Source: an uncultured Thermotogae bacterium
GTDB taxonomy: Bacteria; Bipolaricaulota; Bipolaricaulia; UBA7950; UBA9294
Assembly (NCBI GenBank): GCA_964355545.1
Contig: CAYHEK010000007.1
Span: forward strand, 1-33,236
Reading direction: 5' to 3'
Length of the DNA: 33,236 bases
The translations under genes were made by a program, and so were the position numbers. The notes below the pieces were generated by a model. That model was not told where the DNA came from. It saw nothing but the letters and a program-made list of their open reading frames with translations, and searched no databases. Below are positions 9,286-16,674 of this stretch, piece after piece. Each line of letters opens with the position of its first letter. Within the stretch, counting starts at the first letter, position 1.

Positions 9286-10176
9286 ATGGAGAAGTCCCGT
9301 TATTTCCTGGTCGTCAACCTGATCGCCGGACAGGGACGGTGCAAGGCACTCTTTCCTCAAGTAAAACAAGAACTCGACCGGCGCGGGATCGACTACGACC
9401 TTCACTACACGAACGAGCCGCTCGAGGCGACTGACGTGGCGCGCATGGGGATCGAGGCGGGATTCCGCTGCATCGTCGCCATGGGCGGCGATGGAACCGT
9501 CAACGAAGTCACAAACGGCCTCGTCGGCTCCGAGGCGACCCTCGCCGTGATTCCGGCGGGCACGGGAAACGACTTCATCCGCATGGTCGGGATCCCGTCC
9601 GACCCGAGGAAGGCGATCGACGTCCTCACCAACGGGGAAGAGCGACGGATCGACCTCGGCTACGTCGTTGGGAATCGCTACTTCATAAACGGCGTGGGAA
9701 TCGGGATTGACGCCCAGGTCGCGCGCGACGTCCTTAAGATGGAGCGCCTGCGCGGACCCGTTGCGTACATCGTCGCGGCCGTCCGAGAGGTCTTCCGCTT
9801 CCGCACCTTCCCGATCACGGTGCGCGGGGTGGACTGGGAGGAGAACCTCGAGTGCATCTCCGTCGGGATCGCGAACGGGAAGTACTGCGGGGGCGGATTC
9901 AAGCTCGCCCCGCGCGCCGAGGTGGACGATGGGCTGATCGACCTCTCCGCGATCGAGGACTTCCCTCGCCTGGAGCGCCTCGTCCGCCTGCCCCAGGCGA
10001 GGAAAGGGACTCACCTTGGGCTCCCCGAGGTCCACTACCGGCAGGCGGAGGAGGTCACGGTCTCCTCGCCGGCAAAGCTCGTCGCCCACATCGACGGTGA
10101 GCCCTACGAGCTCCCAGAGGGGGCGTTCCGTGTCGCGGCCGTTCCCCGCGCCCTGCGTGTCCTCGTCCCCCGCTAG
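9286..10176 (+). CDS. Diacylglycerol/lipid kinase catalytic-domain protein (YegS/BmrU/DgkB family)
   Basis: VAMGGDGTVNEV (GGDGT) and GTGNDF motifs; alternative TTG start 9280. Confidence 0.8.
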   Translation: MEKSRYFLVVNLIAGQGRCKALFPQVKQELDRRGIDYDLHYTNEPLEATDVARMGIEAGFRCIVAMGGDGTVNEVTNGLVGSEATLAVIPAGTGNDFIRMVGIPSDPRKAIDVLTNGEERRIDLGYVVGNRYFINGVGIGIDAQVARDVLKMERLRGPVAYIVAAVREVFRFRTFPITVRGVDWEENLECISVGIANGKYCGGGFKLAPRAEVDDGLIDLSAIEDFPRLERLVRLPQARKGTHLGLPEVHYRQAEEVTVSSPAKLVAHIDGEPYELPEGAFRVAAVPRALRVLVPR

Positions 10177-11885
10177 CTCCGCTGGAAGCGCCGATCCAGT
10201 TCTTCGCGCAAGATCCGGAAGACGATCGGCCGGCCGTGCGGGCAGGTGTAGGGGTTCTCGAGGTCCATCAGTCGCTCCACCAGGTTCTCTTGCTCGGCCA
10301 ACGGGAGGCGGTCCCCGGCCTTGACCGCCGCGGCGCAGGCAAGCTCGGCCACAAGACGATCGAAGAGGGTCTCCTCGAGCCTCTCCCCTTCGGCCAAGAG
10401 GTCGGCGATCCGCTCCGCGAGCTCCTGGAACCCGTAGCGGGATTGCTTCTCCGCGAGGAGGCTCGGGTACTCCCGCAGGAGGAACGTCCCCCCGCCGAAC
10501 TCGTCGAGGACGATCCCGACTCGTTCGAGCTCCTCTCGTTTTTCCGCAAAGAGGATCGCCTCCGCGAGAGGAAGCTCGACGCGGACCGGGAGGAGGAACC
10601 GCTGTCGATGGAGTGCTTCGGAGCGGAGCTCCGCCCGGAGTCCCTCGTAGAGGATCCGCTCGTGGGCGATGTGCTGATCCACGATCTCAAGGCCTTCGCC
10701 GCACTCCACGAGAAGATAGGTGTTGTGGAGCTGCCCCACGACGCGCCGCTCCCCGAGAACTCTCACTTTTTCCCCCTCGCGCGCGGCGCGGAGGACCTTG
10801 ATCGCTTTCTCTAAGGGAAGAGGCGATTCCGCGAAGGAAGGCGAGGCGACTCCTTCTGTCTTTTCCGTCTCCTTCGCCTCAAGGAACGGCCTCACGACGT
10901 ACTGGGAGCGGAGCGCCCTCTCCAGGGCGTGTGCGAGGAGCTCCTGCACCGGCCGCGGGTCGGCGAAGCGAACCTCCTCTTTCCGCGGATGGACGTTCAC
11001 GTCCACACGATCGAAGGGCAGGTCAATGCGGACGACCGCGACCGGATAGCGGCCGGGCCTCAGGATCCCCTGGTAGGCGCTCGCTAAGACGTAGGAGAGG
11101 CCACGGTCGCTCACCGGCCTGCCGTTCAAAGAGAAGAGCTGGTCGCGGCGGTTTCCCCGTCCGAGGTCGGGCCGGCTGATGAACCCAGATAGAGCGATCC
11201 CCCCGCGCTCCGCCTCGACGGGGATGAGCGCCCGCGCCACCTCCGGGCCGTAGACCTGACCGATCCGCTCAAGGAGAGTCCTCACACCGGACGCCTCAAG
11301 GAGCGTCCGCTCCCCGTGCACCAGGGTCCAAGAAACGGCGTGTGCCGCGAGGACGAGCCGCTCGACGACCCGGCTTATCTGCAGGACCTCGGTGCGGGGC
11401 GCGCCGAGGAAGCGCGCCCGCGCCGGGAGGTTGAAGAAGAGGTCCCGCACCTCGACCGTCGTCCCGCGGCCGCGGGCGGCGGGGAAGGGCCCCTCCAGGC
11501 TCCCCGCGACGACCCTCACCTCGTGCGCCTCTCCGCCCGCGACTGGACACGAGACGATCCGCACCCGAGCCACCGCCGCGATGCTCGCCAAGGCCTCGCC
11601 GCGGAAGCCAAGCGTCGCGATCCGGTCTAGGTCCTCTTCCACGGCGATCTTGCTTGTCGCGTGGCGCTCGACGCACAGGGCGAGGTCGCCTTCGTCCATC
11701 CCCTCCCCGTCGTCCCGCACGAGGATGGAGCGGATCCCGCCCTCCTCGAGTCCGATAGAGATACTCTCACTTTTCGAGTCGAGGGAGTTCTCCGCAAGCT
11801 CCTTGACGACCGAGGCCGGCCGCTCGATCACCTCGCCCGCGGCGATCCGGCGGGCGAGCGACTCATCCAGGACGCGAATCTTCAT
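10173..11885 (-). CDS. mutL: DNA mismatch repair protein MutL
   Basis: MKIRVLDESLARRIAAGEVIERPASVVKELAENSLD, GHKL ATPase motifs, C-terminal dimerization region. Confidence 0.9.
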   Translation of the reverse strand: MKIRVLDESLARRIAAGEVIERPASVVKELAENSLDSKSESISIGLEEGGIRSILVRDDGEGMDEGDLALCVERHATSKIAVEEDLDRIATLGFRGEALASIAAVARVRIVSCPVAGGEAHEVRVVAGSLEGPFPAARGRGTTVEVRDLFFNLPARARFLGAPRTEVLQISRVVERLVLAAHAVSWTLVHGERTLLEASGVRTLLERIGQVYGPEVARALIPVEAERGGIALSGFISRPDLGRGNRRDQLFSLNGRPVSDRGLSYVLASAYQGILRPGRYPVAVVRIDLPFDRVDVNVHPRKEEVRFADPRPVQELLAHALERALRSQYVVRPFLEAKETEKTEGVASPSFAESPLPLEKAIKVLRAAREGEKVRVLGERRVVGQLHNTYLLVECGEGLEIVDQHIAHERILYEGLRAELRSEALHRQRFLLPVRVELPLAEAILFAEKREELERVGIVLDEFGGGTFLLREYPSLLAEKQSRYGFQELAERIADLLAEGERLEETLFDRLVAELACAAAVKAGDRLPLAEQENLVERLMDLENPYTCPHGRPIVFRILREELDRRFQRS

Positions 11886-11970
11886 GAGCGCTCAAGGCTA
11901 TCCGATCAGATGCGCTCTCACAAACGTTGGCTCCTCCGCGAAAATGCGCTATCGTTCCTCGGAGGGGATT

Positions 11971-12417
11971 ATGCACACGATCAATGACCTACGGAGGATC
12001 CTCGGCCTCTCCACGACGAATCAGGTGCGAAACCGCATCGAGGCGATCAAGGATGTCCTCGCCGATCACCTGCGCCGCGGGCCGAACAACCAGATCCTCG
12101 TCGCAGAGGCCGGAGTCGAGCTCCTGCGGCGCCTTCAGGACCTGTACGATAGCGGGCTAACCATGACCGAAGCGAGTGAAGTCTTGCGCAGCAATGTGCT
12201 TAGAAAGATGACAACTGGAGATGATACTAGGTCCGGTTTTGTGCAAACCAGAATGACGTCGGAGGAACGGGCCGACCTCGTCGCCGCCCTGCGGGATGAA
12301 GTCACCTTCCTGCGCCAACGGGTCGCCTTCCTGGAGGGCCGCGAAGGGACCCCGCCGCGCGAGCGAGAGAGAAAGGCGTGGTGGGAGTCTCTGAAGGAGG
12401 AGACCGATGGGGCTTAA
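11971..12417 (+). CDS. Hypothetical protein, possible HTH DNA-binding N-terminus and C-terminal coiled-coil
   Basis: GGAGGGG RBS 11961-11967; MHTINDLRRILGLSTTNQVRNRIEAIK...; contains AT-rich patch 12185-12255. Confidence 0.5.
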   Translation: MHTINDLRRILGLSTTNQVRNRIEAIKDVLADHLRRGPNNQILVAEAGVELLRRLQDLYDSGLTMTEASEVLRSNVLRKMTTGDDTRSGFVQTRMTSEERADLVAALRDEVTFLRQRVAFLEGREGTPPRERERKAWWESLKEETDGA

Positions 12418-13180
12418 CCTTCCCATCCACGGGAACGAGCGCCTGGCCGAGGTCGTCGCCCGCATCGACGCCTCGACGCGCCTCACCACTCTGTGGGCCG
12501 CCTCGAACGTCGTGGCGATGGAGCGCATGCACATCAACGACCACGGTCCAGTGCACATCCGCATCATCTCGAACATCGCCCTGAAGCTCCTCCGCCTTCT
12601 GTGCGCAGGCGGGGTCACCCCGAGCGCGGTGAAGGACCACCACCTCGCCACGGAGGATGCGGAAGTGATCGTCGTCCTCGCCGCGGCGCTGCACGACATC
12701 GGCCACGTGATCGACCGGCACAACCACGAGGAGCTCTCCCTCTTCCTCGCCCAGCCGCTCATCCCCGGCTTCCTCGCCGGGATCTACCCGGAGGAGACGG
12801 CGACCGTCGTTGAAGCGGAGATCCTCCATGCGATCCACGCGCACCGCCGCGACATCGTCCCCCTGACCGTGGAGGCCGGAGTCGTGAAGGTCGCCGACGC
12901 CCTGGACATGGCGGCCGGCCGCGCGCGGATCCCGTTCACCGCCGGCGAGGCGACGATCCACTCCGTATCCGCGATGGCGATCAGGAAGGTGAGGATCCGG
13001 AAGGGGCAAGACCGGCCGGTCCGGATCGAGGTCGAGATGTCGAACTCCGCGGGGATTTTCCAGCTCGACAACCTCCTGCGCGAGAAGCTGAAGCACTCCG
13101 GGATCGCCGAGCACTTCGAGGTGATCGGCGAAGTCGCGGCCGAAGAGAAGAAGATCATCCAGAAATACACGATCGACTGA
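12407..13180 (+). CDS. HD-domain metal-dependent phosphohydrolase
   Basis: H...HD...H...D pattern: MERMHINDHGPVH, ALHDIGHVIDRHNHEE; AAGGAGGA RBS. Confidence 0.75.
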   Translation: MGLNLPIHGNERLAEVVARIDASTRLTTLWAASNVVAMERMHINDHGPVHIRIISNIALKLLRLLCAGGVTPSAVKDHHLATEDAEVIVVLAAALHDIGHVIDRHNHEELSLFLAQPLIPGFLAGIYPEETATVVEAEILHAIHAHRRDIVPLTVEAGVVKVADALDMAAGRARIPFTAGEATIHSVSAMAIRKVRIRKGQDRPVRIEVEMSNSAGIFQLDNLLREKLKHSGIAEHFEVIGEVAAEEKKIIQKYTID

Positions 13181-13218
13181 GAGGCCCCTAGAATCGCCTC
13201 CGCGGGGTCGACCCAGCC

Positions 13219-13265
13219 TTTCTCCCTCTCTCCTCCTCTCTCCCCCCCTCCTCCCCCTATCCTCG
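13219..13265. repeat. 47-nt polypyrimidine (CT) tract
   Basis: ctttctccctctctcctcctctctccccccctcctccccctatcctc read directly. Confidence 0.7.
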
Positions 13266-13338
13266 TCATTCGGCTCGCTCTGGAACGGCGGAAAAGGAAA
13301 TATCGAATGATTCGCTATTCAAGCGCACAAGGACAATC

Positions 13339-13366
13339 TCGCAACAAAAGAGTCCTTTTGTTGCGA
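13339..13366. promoter_or_regulatory. Perfect 12-bp stem / 4-nt loop hairpin (TCGCAACAAAAG-agtc-CTTTTGTTGCGA) upstream of recombinase gene
   Basis: read directly; no U tract; possible operator or recombinase site. Confidence 0.5.
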
Positions 13367-13427
13367 CACCTGTCCCTTCCCCCTCGTCCTTCCGTGGGTA
13401 CCCTCCCGCAAAGAGAAAGGAGGGCCG

Positions 13428-14048
13428 ATGCCCCTCGAGGTCACCCAAGAGAACTTCCTCACCTCGGCGCAGGTACTCGCCTTGAAGGAGCACTGCCGCC
13501 GCCGGGCGGAGGGACCGGTCCAAGACGCGCGGGAGAAGCCGGTGCGCGACTGGGCGATCCTGCACGTCGCGCTCGACACCGGCCTACGCGTATCCGAGAT
13601 CTGCGCGCTCCGCGTCGGCGACGTCCTCCTCGACCCCGAACGACCCTCCCTCATCGTCCGCGACGGCAAGGGGCACAAGAAGAGAGGAGTGCACCTGGGG
13701 GAGCCCCTCCGACGCCACCTCCTTGAGCTTTTGTCCTGGAAAGAAAAAGGCGGGGAGCCCACCACCCCTCACGCCCCGCTCTTCGTCTCCGCCCGTGGAG
13801 AGGAACCCCTCACGCGCAGCGCGGTCTACCGAATCTTCAAGGCAAACGCCCGCGCCGTCGGCATCCCCACGCGCTTCTCCATCCACTCCTGCCGTCACAC
13901 GTACGCCTCCCTTCTCTACCGCGCTTCAAAGTACAACATCCGCCTCGTTCAGAAAGAGCTTGGCCACCGCTCGATCCAGACGACTCAGATCTACGCCGAT
14001 GTCTTGAGCGAGGACGCGGCGCACGCCGTGAACAACCTCCCGCAATAG
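13428..14048 (+). CDS. Tyrosine recombinase / phage-integrase family, catalytic domain only (206 aa)
   Basis: AAAGGAGGG RBS; catalytic residues present: R in LRVSEICALRVGD, HSCRH (HxxR), nucleophile Y in GHRSIQTTQIYADV; no N-terminal core-binding domain. Confidence 0.75.
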   Translation: MPLEVTQENFLTSAQVLALKEHCRRRAEGPVQDAREKPVRDWAILHVALDTGLRVSEICALRVGDVLLDPERPSLIVRDGKGHKKRGVHLGEPLRRHLLELLSWKEKGGEPTTPHAPLFVSARGEEPLTRSAVYRIFKANARAVGIPTRFSIHSCRHTYASLLYRASKYNIRLVQKELGHRSIQTTQIYADVLSEDAAHAVNNLPQ

Positions 14049-14052
14049 GCGG

Positions 14053-14081
14053 TTGACGTTTTGAGAATAGGCCGGTAGATT
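14053..14081 (+). promoter_or_regulatory. Candidate promoter (TTGACG-17-TAGATT) for long leader of downstream operon
   Basis: TTGACG 14053-14058, TAGATT 14076-14081; second TTGACG at 14261-14266. Confidence 0.3.
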
Positions 14082-14193
14082 CATAGCAAGGCCGATTTGG
14101 TTGTCTCCTGCCGCACGCTCGTCGCAACAGAACCCTCTCTGCCCCCAACGCACGATCACCTCGCAAGATCGGCAAGACACCTCGCGAAGGCAT

Positions 14194-14243
14194 GCGGCTT
14201 GGCTTTCGGCCAAGCCCAGACAGCGAGCATTGGTTGGCAACCA
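14194..14243. repeat. Hairpin GGCTTGGC-tttcg-GCCAAGCC (14199-14216) and perfect 13-bp palindrome TGGTTGGCAACCA (14231-14243) in operon leader
   Basis: read directly; direct repeats CTCGCGA(A)GG..GGCTTG at 14181 and 14304. Confidence 0.5.
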
Positions 14244-14348
14244 TTTGGCTCGGTTGGAGGTTGACGAGGAAGAGACCCGCTCGATAGTGAGGAAGAGGGG
14301 TGGCTCGCGAGGCTTGACCGTGTGGCCGCGAACGGACGAGGAGGCGCG

Positions 14349-16037
14349 GTGATTCATCGCCTGATCCTATGGATTGCGTTTTTAGCTGGGCTTCTGCCCC
14401 TAGCCGCGATCGCAAGCCCCCGCCTCGAGGTCGAGGTCGGCCTCGGTGGCCAGTTCGTCCCCGAGAACCTGACTCAGCTTCGGGCGCGGATCTCTGGTGT
14501 CGGCTTCCCCTTCACGGGCTCCCTTCTCCTCACGCAGGAGGTGGGGAACCTGTGGCGCGGGGTGGCCACGAGTCGAGTGCGGATCCCATTTACGCAGCTC
14601 GGGCCGGAACTCCACGAGTGGGCCGTTCCCGTCTATGACCCCAATCATCCCCTCGAGGTCCTTCTCCTCGGTCAAGACGAAGAAGTCGTCGCCAGCGCGA
14701 CGATCGACCCCCACGCCCTCCGCGGCGACAAGGCGTTCTGCGTGGGAGTGGGAGCCCTCCGCTTTCCTCTCGTGGAGGACTTGGTCGCCGTCGCGCCGGA
14801 GGATCTCCCTCGCCTGTGGCAGAGCTACGAGGCCGTACGCGCCCTGTGGATCGGTCGGGTCTCAAGCGGACTCTCGCAAGAGCACTGGGAGGCGATCGTC
14901 CGCTTCGTCCTCGCGGGCGGGACGCTCGTCCTCTTCACAGGACGTGACTTCTTCCTTCTTGACTCCCCTCTCTTGGAAGAGCTTCTTCCCCTCGAGCGGC
15001 CCCGCGTCGAGGCCGGTCAGGACGGCCTCTTCTACCTGCGCGGGGAGGAGCGACCCGGGGCTCGCGCCCTTTTCCAGCGCGACGGATTCCCCCTGGTCGA
15101 GGTGCGCCCTTACGGGGCCGGAACGGTCCTCCTCGTCACCACGAGCGCGCTTGACCTCGACGAGACGACCGCCGCGGCGCTCGGCAAGCGGCTCCCGGAC
15201 GCGCACCTCCTCTCCACCGTTCCGGCCACGGCGACTCTCCTTGAAGGGACGCGCCTTGAGCGGCCGGGATACCTCCCCGCGATCCTCCTCGTCGCCGCAG
15301 GTCTCGTGAGCCTTTCCGCGATCCTCCTGTACGTGCAAGACCCAAAGAAAAGGGCATTATGGCTTATCGCCACGGCCGGTCTCCTCTGCGCTGGGTCCGG
15401 ATTCTATACAATCTTCGCAAATCGGGTAAATCATATATACCAATTGATAACGTCATTATCTGTTCAGACATCAGTCGGTTTTGAAAGTGTTTCATACGGT
15501 CTCTTTGCCACCGAGTCCCATCCCGTGGCGCTGGAAGTGAGAGGTCCGACCCCGCTCGTCCAGGAGATCCCGGCGAGCCTGGAAGGCCATCGCTACGACC
15601 TCGACGTCACGAGCGACCAAAGCGCCTCCTTGTTCACCGAGCGCGGGGAGCGGCGCTACCTCCACACCCTTGAGGTATGCCAGATCCCGCTCCGCGTGCG
15701 CCCTGCTGAACAGGAAAGCGTGCGAATCGATAACCGTCTGACCGGCGCGCTCGAGGAGGGGCTCCTGATCGTCGCGGGGCGAGCCTACGCCCTCGGAGGG
15801 ATTCCCCGCGGCGAGAGCGTCCATTCCCTGCGCGACGCGATCCCGCTCGAGGAAGCAAGGATGCACGGGAAGAGCTTCGCGCCCCTGTACGCGACTCTCG
15901 CCGAAGAGTTCGCTTTTCAAGATGGGGTCTGGCTTGTGGGAGCGAGCGAGGTGGAACGCGAGGAGTCGAGCCACGGCGTCCGGCAAAAAGTGAGAGATGT
16001 GGCCCTGTACGTCGTTAGGGGAGAGAAGCGTGGCTAA
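14349..16037 (+). CDS. Secreted/membrane-anchored hypothetical protein (signal peptide, central TM), first gene of MoxR-vWA operon
   Basis: GGAGG RBS then GTG 14349; VIHRLILWIAFLAGLLPLAAIASP signal; TM ALWLIATAGLLCAGSGFYTIFA; AGGTLVLFTG motif; in-frame AT-rich patch 15340-15500. Confidence 0.7.
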   Translation: MIHRLILWIAFLAGLLPLAAIASPRLEVEVGLGGQFVPENLTQLRARISGVGFPFTGSLLLTQEVGNLWRGVATSRVRIPFTQLGPELHEWAVPVYDPNHPLEVLLLGQDEEVVASATIDPHALRGDKAFCVGVGALRFPLVEDLVAVAPEDLPRLWQSYEAVRALWIGRVSSGLSQEHWEAIVRFVLAGGTLVLFTGRDFFLLDSPLLEELLPLERPRVEAGQDGLFYLRGEERPGARALFQRDGFPLVEVRPYGAGTVLLVTTSALDLDETTAAALGKRLPDAHLLSTVPATATLLEGTRLERPGYLPAILLVAAGLVSLSAILLYVQDPKKRALWLIATAGLLCAGSGFYTIFANRVNHIYQLITSLSVQTSVGFESVSYGLFATESHPVALEVRGPTPLVQEIPASLEGHRYDLDVTSDQSASLFTERGERRYLHTLEVCQIPLRVRPAEQESVRIDNRLTGALEEGLLIVAGRAYALGGIPRGESVHSLRDAIPLEEARMHGKSFAPLYATLAEEFAFQDGVWLVGASEVEREESSHGVRQKVRDVALYVVRGEKRG

Positions 16038-16674
16038 GCGATACGAACTCGTCGACCAGAGGATGCTCCAGCCGCTCTTTGGTCTTGTCTTCCTCTCTGG
16101 GATCGCGCTTGTCTTGTCCATCCCTTGGGCGCGGTACGTTCGAGACTTCTCCACCTTCGCCTTCTTCTCGGAGTTTCCGATCTACTTCTCCGCGCACGCC
16201 TTCCTTTTTGGCATCCTGGGCCTCAACCTGGGGGCGATCAGCGCGGCGCGAAGAGAACCGATCGCGCTCAGCGTCTCCCTCCTGACAAAGAGGGTTCTCC
16301 TCGGGCAGTTCCTCACGCTCCCCTACCTCCTCTTCGCGCGGGCGATCTATCCGGGGAAGGACGGAACCTTCGCCTTGATCCTTCTCCTGACGACGCTCGT
16401 CTCCCTCGCCTGCGCCCTCGCAAGCCGCCTCGTCGAGGAGCCGTCGGGCCCCTCCTCCTCCCGCGGTTTCCCTCTGAAGTACCTCCTCTTCCTCACCTGG
16501 TACCTCGCTCCTCTCGCAGTCTTCCCCACCTTGAGCCCGCTCGGGGCCGTGGCAGGCCTTCTGCGCGGGGAGCGCGGCGACCGACTCTTCTTTGCCTACG
16601 CTATTCCGTGCGCCGTCCTCCTATTCGCTCTCCTCCTTGTCCGGGGGAGGGCGGAGGGTGAGCGCCGTGTTTAG
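16030..16674 (+). CDS. Polytopic integral membrane protein, hypothetical
   Basis: GTG 16030 overlapping upstream stop 16035-16037; about 6 predicted TM helices. Confidence 0.6.
   Translation: MAKRYELVDQRMLQPLFGLVFLSGIALVLSIPWARYVRDFSTFAFFSEFPIYFSAHAFLFGILGLNLGAISAARREPIALSVSLLTKRVLLGQFLTLPYLLFARAIYPGKDGTFALILLLTTLVSLACALASRLVEEPSGPSSSRGFPLKYLLFLTWYLAPLAVFPTLSPLGAVAGLLRGERGDRLFFAYAIPCAVLLFALLLVRGRAEGERRV

Noticed and set aside
6679-10089. 1136-aa version of MutS
   Set aside because: The N-terminal 297 codons are antisense to the lipid-kinase gene and lack MutS domain I features. The conserved MutS N-terminus begins at ATG 9198.
11392-11970. Upstream extension of the HTH-like ORF into mutL
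   Set aside because: It overlaps mutL antisense. The GGAGGGG RBS sits immediately before ATG 11971.
13307-13726. 139-aa ORF starting in the CGAATGATTCG palindrome and overlapping the recombinase gene out of frame
   Set aside because: It is low-complexity P/R/G-rich, lacks an RBS, and overlaps a well-supported gene.
13355-14132. Inverted repeat CTTTTGTTGCGA / TCGCAACAgAAc bracketing the recombinase gene, as a self-contained invertible segment
   Set aside because: The match is only 10/12 with an 8-nt perfect core, and chance expectation for such an inverted repeat within 1 kb is not negligible. It is kept only as a hypothesis inside the recombinase finding.
14101-14352. 83-aa ORF inside the operon leader
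   Set aside because: It has no RBS, its codon usage is unlike the neighbouring genes, and the region is better explained as structured regulatory DNA.
15492-16154. 220-aa minus-strand ORF
   Set aside because: It is antisense to two coupled operon genes, has no RBS and shows no recognisable domain.
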